DNA of 64,000 nucleotides from Eledone cirrhosa (GCA_964016885.1 OZ024743.1:231074001-231138000); one strand, 5' to 3'. Numbered from the stretch's first letter, positions 30,950 to 46,455 are shown. A program made the numbers and translations. The notes: generated by a model from the letters alone, not told the origin.

Positions 30950-31652
30950 AATAATAATAGTCATCGTTTCTATTTTTGTCACAAGGCTAGCAATTACCCC
31001 AGTACATTACTGGTGCTTTATTTTATCGGCCCCGTAAGGATGAAAGGCAAAGCTAGCTTCGGCGTGACTTGAAACCAGAACGTAAAGGGCTATAGTAATT
31101 GGGCTATAATAATTGTTTCTACATTTGGCACGAGTCCAGCAATCATCCCAGTGCATTACTGGTACTTTATTTTACCGACCCCGTCAGGATTAAAGGCAAA
31201 GTTAACCTCGGCGGTATTTGAACTCTGAACATAAAGGGCTGTAACTCTAGGCTGCAAATCATGGCGTCATTCGATACAGCCAATCCACCGTCCTTAATTG
31301 GGCTATAATTAATGATACTATTAATGGTTTCTGATTTAGGCACAAAGACAACAATGTTGGGGGCGGGGTGAGTTAAATGGACCCCAATGCATTACTGGTG
31401 CTTTGTTTATCAACCCTGTAAGAATGAAAGGAAAAACTATCTTTGGCAGGATTTGAACTCAGAACATAAACCGTCATAATAATTGTTTCTCCTTTTGGCA
31501 CAAGACCAGCAAATACCCATTGCATTGCTGGTACCTTATTTTATCGAACCCATCATAATAATTGTTTCTACTTTAGGCACAAGGCCAGCAATTACCCAGT
31601 GCATTATTGGTACTTTATTTTATCGACCCCGTAAGGATGAAAGGCAAAGTAA
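30950..31652 (-). mobile_element. Head-to-tail stack of five partial or full family-A SINE copies
   Basis: Repeated gtttcta...ggcacaagg...ccagtgcattactggtactttattttatcgaccccgtaaggatgaaaggcaaag, the reverse complement of the SINE at 22809. Confidence 0.85.
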
Positions 31653-31683
31653 TAGTAAATTATTCGATATAACATATAACCAA

Positions 31684-31721
<38 letters not shown>

Positions 31722-32334
31722 TTTCAACAATGTCAGTATTCCGTGTGCCATAATTCTCGATTATCATTGGTTCATAGGTTTCAAACGACTCCGCCCACCT
31801 CAATGATGCCAAACTTAAATTAATATGCATAATGCCAATGAGGGAGTGAGAGGGGAGAGTAAGAAACAGAGGAAAAGTGAACGCTGTGTTATATACACTA
31901 TGTATATGTGTCAGTCTAGAGACGTGTGTGTGTGATGTGTGTGGAAATAAGAGTGGAAGGAAAGCAATAACTATTAACATGTGTTTGTGTGTATGTACGT
32001 GTGCGTGTGTTTATGTGTGTGTGCGTGCGTGCAGCGTTCCATAGAAAGTAAAATCTTACAACAGGGGTGAGTGTGTGCACGAGTGCGTGTGTAAGTTTGC
32101 GTGCGTGTGCGCGTTTCCATGCGTGTATGTGTGTGTACGTGCAGCGTTCCACAATCGCCACGCAGTTTATCTGTCTGTGTGCCTGTCTGTCAGTCTAACA
32201 TACACAGAGTTGTGAAGGGAGTAAATAGGAACCTTATTTTACATTGACGGACATCTTTATATTTATTATTGTGTCATTTGTTGACAATTGCTCGAAATGA
32301 ATACTGATAATACAAGCAATTCGACTTTATCAAA

Positions 32335-32834
32335 CAGTGAAGTGTTTCTCCCCGCGTATGAAAGGCCGGTTATATGATGCCTGTGTGAGTAGCGCGATGC
32401 TGCATGGTAGTGAGACATGGGCTGCAACTGCAGAGGATATGCGACGGCTGGAGAGAAATGAGGCAAGCATGCTCCGTTGGATGTGCAGTGTAAATGTGTG
32501 TGAACGACCCAGCATAAATGTGTTGAGAGAAAAACTGTGTCTGAGAGGGATAGAATGTAGTGTACGGGAGAGGAGACTGAGGTGTATGGACATGTGATGC
32601 GCATGGTGGATGACCAATGCGTGAAGAAGTGACAGGAAATGCTAGTTGAAGGAAGCCGTGGTAGAGGTAGACCACGAAAAACATGGGCGGAGGTGGTGAG
32701 AACAGACCTCAGATCGTTGAAGCTCACGGTGGAGATGACGAAAGACCGTGACAAGTGGAGAGATGCTGTGCTGAATAAGACTCGTCCCACCCTTGCAAGC
32801 AGGGAAGAGCGGACGTAAAATGATGATGATGATG
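32335..32834 (+). mobile_element. 3' fragment of an RTE-clade LINE with a (TGA)n tail
   Basis: KGRLYDACVSSAMLHGSETW, MLRWMC, RERRLR and GSRGRGRPRKTW; tail tgatgatgatgatga. Confidence 0.85.
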
Positions 32835-32835
32835 A

Positions 32836-35800
32836 ACTACTGCGGCGACGGTGTGCAGCCAGGAATGAAGAAAAACGGGCCGAACAGCGCCATCGGAACG
32901 CCGAACTTCAGAGGCGAAGACGTGCTGCCATGAATGAAGAGGAGCTGGCTGAACAACGCCAACGAAACACTGGAGCCAAGCAGCGACGGCGTGCTGCGAT
33001 GGGTGAAGAGCTGGCTGAACAGTGCCAGCGCCATACAGAAGTCCAGAGAATGTGTCGCCAAAGTGCGCCTCATTCCAGTAAAGAGGCTAGAAGGCAAACG
33101 GATGATATTAAAAATGGATCATGGCAACCATGTCATTTTCATATTGGTGGACGAGCAGAGTGTCCTAATTATGGAGCTTTGCTTTGGAGGCACAAAAAGA
33201 CGTGGACCACAATGTGCTGTCATAAAGGAGCAGTTCAACTAGAACCCTTGCGAATGCCGGATGATGAGGAGTTACCGGAGTTTAAAATACTAAGTATGTG
33301 GGGTGATCAAGGAAGACGGAGGTAGATTACTGCGCAAATATTCGCGGCAAATTAACAATTCATTAGCTTTAGCATCCTCAACGACGCCAAACTTAAATTT
33401 ATATGCATAATGCCAATGTGGGAGTGAGAAGGGAGAGTAAGAAACAGAGAGGCAAAGTGAACGCTGTGTTGGATACACTATGTATATGTGTCAGTGTAGA
33501 GACATGTGTGTGTGTGATGTGTGTGGAAATAAGAGGAAAGCAATCACTATTAATATGTGCGCATGTGTATGTGCATGTTTATGTGTGAGAAACGTGAAAC
33601 AACAACGTCTATGCAATTATACACGTTTCACAGTCAGGCAGAAGATGAACCATCTCCTAGAGGTCACTATTCTAGGCGGGAGCACCTATACTATAGCTAT
33701 ACTATAGCTACACATATACTATAGCTACACATCAGCAACATATCAGAGCTGAATTGTATAATAATATACAGGATGCGATAACAGCCGATGATGCCAATTA
33801 CAAGCAAATTGGTCGACGCATCATTTTGCCATCGTCGTTCATCGGCGGCTCGAGATATATGAACATACGCTATCAGGTTGCAATGGCTATTGTCAGAAAG
33901 TTTGGAAAGCCAGATTTGTTTATAACGGTTACATGCAATCCTGAATGGACTGATATTAAGGATGCACTTTTGCCAGGACAACAGCCAAAGGACCGTCCTG
34001 ATATTTTGGCAAGAGTATTCAAAGGATATCTGAAAAAGATAATGGATAATGTGGAAAAAGAGGGAATCTTTGGAGGTATAGTTGCTTTTACATACGTAAT
34101 TGAATTCCAAAAAAGAGGATTGCCACATGCACATTTGCTGATCATTTTACATAGAGATTGCAAATTGAGATGTCCTGAACTGCCGGAGAGTGAGGCACTA
34201 CGCAACTTGGTGTCAAAGTTAATGGTGCAGAACCAATGGTGAGTGGCAAATCGGAAAGGGCCTAACATGAAAATGGCCAATACAGTAAGCACTTTCCGAA
34301 ATCTTTTGTCACAAACACTTCCTGGAACGATGGGTATGCTCATCCCTCATACAGAAGACGGTCGCCTGCCGATGGCGGTTTGAGCGAAAATGTAAACGGT
34401 CGACAGGTTACAAATCAATGGGTTGTGCCATACAATCCATATTTGATTATGAAATATCGTTGTCATATTAATGTGGAAATGTGTAGCTCAGTGAAAGCTT
34501 GCACATATCTATTCAAATATGTTTACAAACGTCATGATCGGGTAATGATAAATGTCAGGAATGAGGAAGTGAACCAAGGAGATGAAGTTGGCAGGTTCCA
34601 GGATATTCACTCGATTGGATCTAGCGAAGCTTGCTGGAGATTGTTCGATTTTGATCTGAATGAACGCAAACCCAGCGTTCAGAAACTGACGGTTCTCTTA
34701 GAGAATAGGCAAATGGTCTGTTTACAGGACCCTAAAAGAGGTGTCGAAAGAATTGCTAACGCACCACCTCCTAAGACGGAATTGACTGATTGGTTCAAGC
34801 ATAATAGGGAACATGATTTGAACCCGGATCAAAGGCAACTCTACTGCAATTTCCCTTCGCACTATACGTAGGATAAGAAAGGAAAGAAATGGAATGATAG
34901 AAAACAAAAGTTGAGATTCATGTCTATTGGACGGGTTTGTAATGTCCATCCAGCATCTGGTGATGTGTTTTATCTCCGAATTCTGTTGCATAATGATTTT
35001 TCGCTGATTTGAAAACAATCAATGGCGTGGAATACGAACCATACCAGGCTGTGTCAGCATCTGGGGCTCCTTCAGGATGACGCTGAATGGAATAACGCCA
35101 TGGAATCTGCAGGAACAACACAGATGCCAGCCCAAATAAGGCAGTTGTTTGTCACGATTCTAGAATTCTGCAATCCTGCCGATCCAAGAGAGTTATTTGA
35201 ACGCAATTGGGGAATTATGGCTGATGATTTTAGGCATTATCTTCAAGTCGATGATGAACATTTGATGAAAGCTATTGTTTTGCTCAATATTGAACAACTG
35301 CTTGAAGTTCATTTCAAATGTTTAACAGATTTAAATTTGCCAATTCCTGATGAATAAATGCGGCAACGTGTCTTAGCATTGAATATGAGATTGCAGCTTA
35401 AACGGTTGCAACTCGATCGGAGGGAACTATTCAAGTTTGATCCCCTGGAACAACAACGTTTTGTGGATGAACGTATGCCAATGTTGTCCCAATCTCAAAG
35501 AGAATTGGTCGATGGCGTTCTCCACTCGATTTCCACTAATGAGCAACTTTGTGCTTTTATAGATGCTCCAGGAGGCACCGGAAAGACATTCTGTTTCAAC
35601 ACTATGTTATCGGCAGTAAGAGCTCAGAGGAAGATTGTTCTCCCTGTGGCCAACAGTGGGATCACTGCCACTTTGCTGAGTGGTGGAAGTACTTTCCACT
35701 CATGCTTCAAGACTCAATTGGCTCCGGATGAGTTGAGTGTCTGTAACATTACAGGACAAAGTGAACTCGCGGGCCTTATACGCAATACGTCTCTGATTAT

Positions 35801-36849
35801 TTGGGACGAGGCGCCAATGGCACACAGATATTTGCTGGAGGCATTGGACAGAACTTTGAGAGATATCTGCTTTAGTGACCTGCCATTCGGTGGTAAGACT
35901 ATCGTTCTTGGTGGCGATTTCTGACAGGTGCTACCAATTGTTAGGAATGCTCAAAGAGCGCAAATTTTCGATGCATGTCTGAAAAGGTCCACGTTGTGGA
36001 GCCATTTCAGAGTTTTGCGATTACACGATAATATGCGACTTCGTATGTTAGGGAAAAACGAAGAGGCTGAGACATACAGCCAATGGTTGATGCAGTTGGG
36101 AAACGGTGAATTGCCACACGTTGACTGTAAGAATCCCAAACCATTTTGTCATGCCACTGGACCGCCAAGCATTGATTGACTGGGTGTTCCCTAATTTGAA
36201 TGCTTTTTGGCAGAATATCTCCTGGATATCGGAACGCGTTATTCTAACTCATACGAATGCAACGGTCGATGAAATAAATTCACAAGTAGCCGGAATGTTT
36301 CCTGGAGAGGAATGGTTGACCGTCAGTGCGGATGCAATGGAGCCTAATCAGCAGAACAATATGGATGTTCCGACTGAGTATCTGAATTCACTTCAAATAC
36401 CCGGATTTCCCCCACATATTTTGAGGTTGAAAAAGGGTATGCCGATTATATTGCTTAGAAATATCAATCATAAAATGGGTCTTTGCAATGGTACCATATT
36501 GATTGTTGAGAGATTGATTAACTCAAGAGTTTTAGAAGCTAAACTCCCAGGCAGAGAGGAATCGGTTCACATTCCGAGGATCATGCTGAGATCAAGTGAA
36601 GATCTGCTGCCATTCATTTGGCAAAGGAGACAGTTTCCCGTTAATTTGGCCTTCTCCATGACTGTCAACAAGGCACAGGGACATACTTTCAAGCGAGTCG
36701 GTGTCTACTTGAATGATCCAGCATTCAGCCATGGGAAACTGCATGTTGCTACATCTCGAGTGTGCGATCCTGATGGTATAAAATTTGCAATTGATACCAC
36801 TAACAGAGGAACAACCCTGAATATTGTCTATAATGAAGCTTTGAGCTGA
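32836..36849 (+). mobile_element. Decayed autonomous Helitron (N-terminal repeats and Zn finger, HUH Rep domain, PIF1-like helicase)
   Basis: MCCHKGAVQL, ILPSSFIGGSRYM, GKPDLFITVTCNPEW, VIEFQKRGLPHAH, WVVPYNPYL, YLFKYVYK, DAPGGTGKTF, IIWDEAPM, RRQFPVNLAFSMTVNKAQG; stops and frameshifts. Confidence 0.95.
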
Positions 36850-37206
36850 TGTATGCATATTTTAATGCCATCAATAAGCGACGTAAATGATTCGGACATT
36901 GGTGTCCTTTGATCAGTATTGTGACCTTTGACATTTATGTTCAATGTCATTTAATGTCGTTATGAGCAATAAAACAAACAAGCATTGGTAAACATTAGTA
37001 AACATTGATTTCACTGCTATGTTGCGCAATAAATACCAACAATATTGGTAGAAATTGCCTTCAAATTTATCGCTTCTGATAGCGGTGGTATTAAAACCTC
37101 GTCATCCATATCCATATCCATATTAATTTGGCATTTGTATAAACCATTTCAAGTAAATAGGGACCTTTTTTACATTGACTGACATCTGTTATATTAATTA
37201 TCTTTA

Positions 37207-37552
37207 TCTATATATAATATAAATGATTGGAACTTCCATCATCCTTTTGAGAAACGTGGAACAACCTCGTCTATGTAATAATACACGTTTTACAGTCAGG
37301 CAGAAGATGAACCATCTCCTAGAGGTCACTATTCTAGATGGGAGCACCTACAATTGCTCATATACTATGCACAAACGGTACAACGAAGAATCTGGTATAT
37401 CTGGAAGATTTTTTTTTACTGTTTTTTGTATCAGAGACACCACGGACTCGCCTCATACTGTAACCAGACACACATCCAATACAGTCATTTTCTCTTTTAC
37501 CTGTCTTCTCTTATCATCTGTTTACCCGGGCGAAGCTGGGTACGTCAGCTAG
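37207..37552 (+). mobile_element. Non-autonomous Helitron (346 bp) carrying a helicase fragment
   Basis: A|TCTATATATAA 5' end; subterminal hairpin tacccgggcgaagctgggta; CTAG|T 3' end; internal IILLRNVEQPRLCNNTRFTVRQKMNHLLEVTIL. Confidence 0.75.
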
Positions 37553-37935
37553 TATATTTTAATTTTTGCACTTTTTGCTATGACAATATTTAGCTCTTTT
37601 CACTTGGTATTGTATTTCCTTGTCAATCTATTTATTTTTACTTTCTATGTTTCATAATGTCCAGTTTTGTAATGTCCTTACTTCTTTCCTTGATTTAACT
37701 AATCAACCGCTTTTTCTACCAAGTTTCTGCCATTTATCGTCTCTTTTACCTCGACTTGATACCGAGCAACTTTTTCACCACATTGGCGGTTGCTTTAAGG
37801 ATGTTGTTGTATTGGTGAAGATGCCCCGTCTCGAGGTATGGGAAGACATTGTTTACCTTAGCTGTCATTTATCATAACTTGTTTTCTTTTAATGCCCTAC
37901 ACTATAATTATGTCATTATTCTACACATTCGATTG

Positions 37936-37989
<54 letters not shown>

Positions 37990-38581
37990 ATGTGTTTACC
38001 TTGATTTACACATATAATCTGGAATTGCCAACCACTTACAGTCATGCTCACTAACAATCTCAGACATTTACACGAACACGCTGAAATTAGAATATATTCA
38101 TATACACTGCGATATGCACAACAATCCACATATAAACTCACAGACATCTCCCGCAGAGAGAAGTTTTCCATGACGTGGATCACGTTGATGGAATTAATTG
38201 TGTTTTATTTCAGAAAGAAATGAAGTTATAAACATTTTGCATAAATTAGGAAACTTTCAATTAGTTGCCAGTTGGATTATTTTAAAAGAAAAATGATTTA
38301 CTAAGATAATAGTTAATTCGAATGATTTATTGGAAGACGTATGCAATATTTAGAGTAATCAATTAACTTGATGATTATATAGGAATAATTTTTTCCAGAG
38401 GTAAATTATTGGAATGCTGCTGTGATTTCCAATTCTACAAAATTATCAGGTTTTTGTTGAACGTCAGAAATACCTACGCATTGTATTGTTAATATAGTGA
38501 GAATTAAAATATATTCTGTTTTAAAGTACCTTTGTTTGAAGTTGTAATTGTATATATATTTGCATATATATCGTATATATA

Positions 38582-38711
<130 letters not shown>

Positions 38712-39046
38712 TTGTATGTGTGTAAGTGCCTACGTGTGGTTGCCTGCGGTGATCGACTCGTGTGGCTATCGGGCAAATAGATCAACGATAAATTTTAAAT
38801 ATATACATACACATACATATATATATAGAACACACGAAATGAATCTATTGTTTCAGAAACGCAATTAATTATAGACGTATAAACGTAGTATAGAAGACAC
38901 ATCCACAAAATCGAGATACATACCTACACACACACCGACAGAGGCAACAACACATACGCACTTACACACATACAAACACACACACATACACGCACACACA
39001 CGCACGCACACACATACACACCCGCACATACACAAATGCACATGCA

Positions 39047-39110
<64 letters not shown>

Positions 39111-39199
39111 GCTGTTTTATTTGAAGAGAAAAAACTATTAATGATCCTGAGTAAAGACCTAATTTGGCCTATTTAAGAGTATATTTGGAGGTCCAAGAT

Positions 39200-40290
39200 A
39201 AACCAAGGTTTCTCTATCTTAAGTATAACACCTTTGGCAATGGAGCAATGCATAAATCGGTGCCTGTTGGTGTACTAATGCCTTGTTGAGTACAGAAATT
39301 CCACACGATGATATTTACTTTTACTAGGAAGATCATCAATGAACTTAACTAAATGTACATATCCTGACATAGACTCAGCTTGAAAGCTTATCACGCATTC
39401 AGATGAAACTCCTATTCCATCATTCAGCTACATTCCAAAGTTCCCTTAAGAAGTCAAATTAATCACTGAACTACCTTATGAGAGACTGAAGCCTTTTGAA
39501 GAAATCATCTGAATTGTTAGCATCCAAGTTGGGACGAAAACAGTTTAGAGTTACCGAGAAATAAAATCACGCTATATCGTCTCTGAGAAAAGGATTTACT
39601 ATACCTCGTCTCAAAACAGAATTATTTTGTTTTCTGCCACAATGTGCGAAGAATGCTGATGAAACTGGGCATATCGGAATTCACACATAATAAAAGGCAG
39701 TTATTCATATATAGCTAAAAATGGAGCTCAAAATGACTCCTTCTAATTAATGGCACAGTATAATCCCAGTTGCTCACTCCGTCGATATGGAGACAGTGCT
39801 GTGTCGATATGACACAGCAGTGTCTCCATATTTACAGAATATGTATTATACCCAGACACAGCAATTATCGGATCTGATGATGTTGTTAATGTTCCGGAGT
39901 CAGCAGATTGATTACACTAAGTATCCATGCTCTAGGACAGTTGAGCCGATGAGGAACTCCGAGTGAGAAAGACCCGCGTTTCCAAGATTCAATGGACAGC
40001 AATGAGACATGTACATCATCAACATTTAATATTTATCTGAAAGATGTCCCTGGAAAATATATGATCTCGTCGGTTGATAACCTCGACTGTAAAATGAGCT
40101 TTAAACTGAATGAACTCAGAGCCATTTAGATCGTTTCTCAGATAACCTCGATAATAAATGAGGAATAGTTTTTAAAATGTCATCAAGAACTAAGGACCAC
40201 GGAAAGAATGATACTCAGATAATGGAATAATCAAATGATGTCGAAATACTGCTGGAGAATTGAACGAGAATGCAGGAATGTCCAAGCACA
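39200..40290 (+). mobile_element. Highly decayed DNA transposase relic (Sola2-like as I recall the family; assignment uncertain)
   Basis: Colinear peptide remnants YPDIDSA..THSDETPIP, PVAHSVDM, QQIDYTKYPC, CKMSFKL, SHLDRFSDNL, HQEL and NQMMSKYCWRIERE. Confidence 0.55.
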
Positions 40291-40849
40291 TCTAATCATG
40301 GGAAATCTCAGAAATGTGGCTTGTACGAACCCACTCAATGACAGACAATGCTTCTGTCGTTCATGTCTGAAGTTTGTTACAGTTTGACTTTGATAAATAG
40401 TTTTAGTACATTATGCCTGTTTGATGTTAATACATTATGTGTACTTACATTCATTATACTTTTGTATACAAATAGCAACAAGAGTGATTGCCAATGGGCA
40501 ATTTCATAATGCTTTATGTACATTATAGATACATATATATGGGTAAATATAACATTTTGGTAAGAAGAACCGATGAAGTAAAACTAACGTCATTTTTAGA
40601 ATCAGCGATCACAATGTACCAAGAAGCAGATCTAACGTCGAAGTCACCAAAATAGTCTACTTCATTGTTATATTTTTCGATGAAAATATTCATAGATTTA
40701 TTTGAAACGTGTAACGCCCGAGAAAATCTTGTTTTTGTTTTGTAATAGTCATTAACATTTATTGGTTTTTCCACTGTTGTTGTCTGTATCTTCATCTTCC
40801 ACACGGTCATTGATTTATCTTCAAGATGTCTTTCATAAAATATTTCTCA

Positions 40850-41560
40850 ACTTTATGGTTAACTATGAACAATCCATTTAAAATGGATTTAGTTTCACCT
40901 TATGTGGACTTGGTTATTTGCTTAACGGTGTATTTTAAACATTTGGTTTGAATGACCGTTAATTCCCTGGTCCATAATCTGAACAGAAGTAGTGGTCGGG
41001 TGCAGATAGAACACAGTAAACATTATTAATCAGGCCATTTGGGTTGGTAAAAAAGCATTGTGTAGAAGAAATATGGATTTATTTCTAAGGTTTTTAACCT
41101 TGCAATATTATTTGAAATCTTGACAGAGGCACAAATTAAACCAATCCCCGATCAGTGTTGTGGTGATCAACCTCTCGTTATTTGAGCTATATATAACGGG
41201 AAGATAAGATTTCGTGAAGCCTTTCATAGATACTGTTACCTCAGAATGATAAACAACCAGTAGATTTAGCATGATATTTCATGTAGCATTACCTCCAAGT
41301 AAGAGAGGCATTCGTTCTTTGTCATTTTTGAATCCTTCTGTAGTTTACTTCGTTAGAAATGTAAGATCATTTCTGGCACTCTTCACCAAAACAACTCTGT
41401 CACATCTATGCTAAGCATTTTCTCAATTTCATCTTTCACCTAAATGTGTGTAGCACAGCCAAAGGCCAGCCATTACCGAACAGATGAATAATCAAAGGAA
41501 TGCAAGCTATGAACGGCCGCTCAGTTTTCTGGCGTTGCTCATAAAATAGAGTATATCCAA
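40850..41560 (-). mobile_element. Decayed Tigger/pogo-like (DDE_1) transposase relic
   Basis: Minus-strand remnants KERMPLLLGGNA...LLVVYHSE, LLLHNA and TTSVQIMDQGI. Confidence 0.6.
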
Positions 41561-42109
41561 TGTATCTCAAATTTCCCAATATTTCTAACAGGTTGTGCGA
41601 CCAAGATGCTCCAGTGTTAACTCATTCAGTTTCTTTAATTATTGTTGTTGTTCAATTATGGTTGTTGTTTATCATAGGACAACGCTCAACCACCTAACAG
41701 ATGGTCAAATAATTTCCAGCTGTAAATATCCAGTATTTTAGTAAAAATAACTTATCTAACGTGTCCTTTCTTTGCTTAAGTGGGTAGTGTGATTTATGAG
41801 AGATTTAGCCATCTCTTTATAACATGTCGAAAGACTACACAGAGAGTCCTTCGTTAGCTCGCGGTGTTGATGTTGGATACAGTGATGATAGTGGTGAGGG
41901 AGACAAAGGAATTGTCAGATTCCAGTGCTAAGGAATGTATGAATGTATAACGGAAATTGAGGCTCACCTGAAGAACACATTAAATAAATGAGAGCTATGT
42001 TTGCTGTCTTTACATGGCTGCATATATTTTTTATTTTACATATCTTTTTTTATCTCACACTGAGTGCTATGTAGTTTTCAGGAGCCACATACACACTCAA
42101 TTATATATA

Positions 42110-42148
<39 letters not shown>

Positions 42149-42164
42149 TTATATACATACATAC

Positions 42165-42216
<52 letters not shown>

Positions 42217-42333
42217 GAGATGAGGGGGGGGGGAGATGAAATCAGTACTTCTGATATGCATACATCACATCGGAAGGAACAATATATCTTTCTATCTATC
42301 TATCTGTTTCTCTCCGTCTCTCTCTCTCTCTCT

Positions 42334-42427
<94 letters not shown>

Positions 42428-43309
42428 ATATATATATATATATATATATATATCTGTGTGTGTACGTGTGTGCGCATGTAGTTACATTTGTGTATATATG
42501 CATGTATGTATGTACATATGTATGCATATACATTCGCACTTGTATCATCTACCCAACTCACATATGGCTTCATTTGTCGAAATTTCTGAATTGTTAAGTT
42601 TCGTGGTTCAACGATGGAAGGTTAAAAGTTAAACGAAATGCCGTCACTCCAAGCATACATACTAACCACATCATTTCAATTATTTCCTGTACAAAGTTAG
42701 GTCACTGCAGAGGTCATTTGTTGGAGGTTACTAGAGAGGTCAGTGCAGATTAAATGCTAAGGCATATGATTGCACTGTTGGACAATGTCATTTTCAGGCA
42801 AATTATATTTTGACAGCTTCACTTTTACCATCCTTCATTTGAGAAGGAGAGATTTTAAGTGAAAGAGGCAAAATGCCGTTGCAGAAATGGTGGTTCTGTT
42901 GGAGGTGTTGTAATGATTGCTGTTATTCTAGTGATTGTAGTGAAGCGATATTAGTGCATGGTCATATTAAGACTATTGCTGTTGCACTTGCTGCCGTTGT
43001 TTGTAATGGTCTTCTTTGTGATTATAATTGGGATAGTGAAGTTATGATGGTGATAATTAGTGGCTACTCTTGTTAAGACTACTACTGGTGTTGCTGGTGT
43101 TTTCATTGTTGCTGGTGCTCTTGTTGTTGTTGTGTTGTTATTATTGTTGTTGTTTGTATCATGTCCATAATGAGGATTGTAACAGGATTATAATTGTGGT
43201 CGTAAAATTGTAATCGCGCGTTTATGTAGGAGGGGGAAGGGGGTGATATTGGTGAGTTTGTGATGTAGGCGTCGTGTTAGTTGTTGGCTTTCTTTAAATT
43301 ATTATTGTC

Positions 43310-43760
43310 GATTTTGATGATGCTAGTAATTTTAATTCTGATAGTGAGTTAGTAATATAGAGATGTGTGGTATGATTGTGAGGGTACTCTTTTAATGGTA
43401 CGTTTATGATGCTAAGGGTATGATGGTAAGATTGAACGGGTATCGATGTGATAGTCATTTTTTTATGGTAAGATTGTGGTTGGAAGTTAGTGATGGTAAG
43501 CATATGATGTCTAGATTCTGATAGTACGTTTGTGAAAGTAAGCTTGTGAAGGTAAGTTTGTGAAGATAAGGTTTCATGCCTGAATATGATAGTAAGATTG
43601 TGCTGCTGGAAGTTTGTGATGACATGGCTGGGATGGTTAAGGCGGCATTGTACGATTGCGATGGTAAGGTTGTAGTAGTAGGATTTGAATGTTAGGATAT
43701 GATGGCAATGTTGTGATGGTAACATTGTAATGGTAAGGTTGTGGGGGTAAGTATATTATA
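43310..43760. repeat. Degenerate short-period minisatellite (gtgatggtaagattg-like unit)
   Basis: Recurring tgatggtaag/tgatagtaag motifs. Confidence 0.55.
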
Positions 43761-44069
43761 CTGATATTAGTAGTTGTTATCATTAAAGCTAATACTGTTC
43801 TTGATTGCAATTGTGAATGTGTGATGAGGGGTTTCTGATAGTGAGAGTAATTGTTGGTGATAACTAGAGTTAGGACTCGAAGAAACTTTGGCATCTATGT
43901 CTACGATGATGACTGATCACGCAGTTGACCGTCAATTGGCTTGTTAATGTTTTGTTTTAATTGTCTGCCAGCCTCAAGCGATATCTTTTATAGCGAACCG
44001 AGTTTTAGTGATGTTATTGCTACTATCATTGTTGCTGATACTGTTCCAGTTAAAACTATCATTGTTGCC

Positions 44070-44350
44070 TGGTGGCTTACAATTGATAGTTGGTGAGTTC
44101 GATTCGCAGAGGCGCGATATGTCCTTGGGCATGAAACTTTATTTCATGTGGTTCAAGTCCACTCAGCTAGATAACAAAATGAGTAATAGGTGTAGTTTAA
44201 AAAGCCAACCTTGATACATGCTACCACAATGAATCTCTCTGTGAAATACATTCAGGCTGCACGTGTCTGTGGAGTTCAACACAATTTGCAGGTTAACTTC
44301 ACGAGCAGCTTATTCAACTGCAAACTAAACATCGGAACCGACAAAGATCC
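44070..44350 (+). mobile_element. Old tRNA-derived SINE copy (family B)
   Basis: B box gtgagttcgattc followed by tgtccttgggcatgaaactttatttca. Confidence 0.55.
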
Positions 44351-45024
44351 AGCCTTGTTATTGTTATTCTTGATAGTCACATTGACTTAGTTTATGTTAT
44401 TATTTGTATTCCACCTCAGATAATTTACTCCGTAGATCGACCTAACAAAGGTGTTCCTGTTGTAAGGATTCCTTATTTTTCTATATCCATAACAATATAA
44501 TCCAACGTGGTCTTCAATATTTAAAAGAGTGGGCGTGATTTGATTTTTTAAAAAAAATGACTGTTATTTCTAAATAATCGAAAGGCTATAGAGCATAATA
44601 CATTCTAAATGTTATCGATATCATTTTGATGGTGTTATTCATGTTTCTGATGCTGCTAGTTTTTGTATTGCTGTTGGTATTCGTTACATATAATTATTAC
44701 AGATGTGATTCTTGATCTTGTTGCCATTCTGTTGGTTCCTATTCTTTATATATTTGTTGTTTTATTTAAATTTCGCTCGCATTTTAATTTGTTCTCCTGC
44801 TGTTTTTATGTTATATGTCATTATATCTAATGCATCTTATCTTCATATATTTATTATAAGTCAATTATTTGTTTGTTACTTTGTTGTTGATCATTTTATG
44901 TGAAAATCTACAGCAAGGCCCAGAACTCAACGAAACACTTAAGATACCACTCCAGTTTCTAAAGGTTTCTTGTCTCTAGTCTTGAAGTCCAGTACTCTGT
45001 GACTTTGACGTTCCCTCTCCTTTG

Positions 45025-45599
<575 letters not shown>

Positions 45600-45624
45600 A
45601 ATATATATATATATATATATATAT

Positions 45625-46406
45625 ATTGTTATATTTGGGGAGGGTCATATTTGCGTAATATTGCCAGAATTAATAACAGAACACACTTACTGTTTGGTTG
45701 GTTTTCGCTTCTCGCTGTCTTTTATATATATATATCTGCGATCTAACTTACTCGGTCCTCAATGTTGCCATTGACTGACCGGCGGTCAAAAATAATACAG
45801 ATACAATATAGACAAACACATATATATATAGTTTACATAATTTACATAAATCTTTCGTTGCACATCTGCAACATCGTCAGTGGTGTTATATTCATTGTTC
45901 CTCCTGTTGTGTTGTATGTCTACGCCATTTTTTTTGTGTTCAGTCTGTCTATATATTTATTTATTTATTTGCTTGTTTGTTTATCTTATTTTATTTTGTC
46001 TTCTTTGCGCATGCGTTTGCGTGTGTGTATAGTGTTATGTGTGATGTGTGACTAGTGTGTATAGTGTTGTGTCTGCTGGTTGACTAGTGTGTGTTTATGT
46101 GCTTGTGTATGTATTTATTTATCTTATTTTATTTTATTTAATTTACTTATTTATTTATACTTCTCTTAGGTCAGTGTTGTTTGTTTGGGTGTTGTTGTTG
46201 TTCCACTCATTCTTTCTGTTTAGCTTTGGTCTTCTAATTTCTATTTCACTGGCCTCTCTGATTTGCCTATCTGCTGGGTCATTCCTATGTTTAGATATTA
46301 TTCTAATTTCTATGTTGTCTATGTTACCGTCATGTTGTTGTCTAGCATGTTCGTATAGTACTGACCCGTTTTTTCGTCCTTTTAGTTCCCCCCAGTGTTG
46401 GTCTAT

Positions 46407-46410
<4 letters not shown>
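45625..46410 (-). mobile_element. 3' end of the Penelope-like family seen at 21890-23160, without the SINE
   Basis: Near-identical to 21945-22130 and to the reverse complement of 22220-22750; (TA)n on both sides. Confidence 0.85.
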
Positions 46411-46449
<39 letters not shown>

Positions 46450-46455
<6 letters not shown>

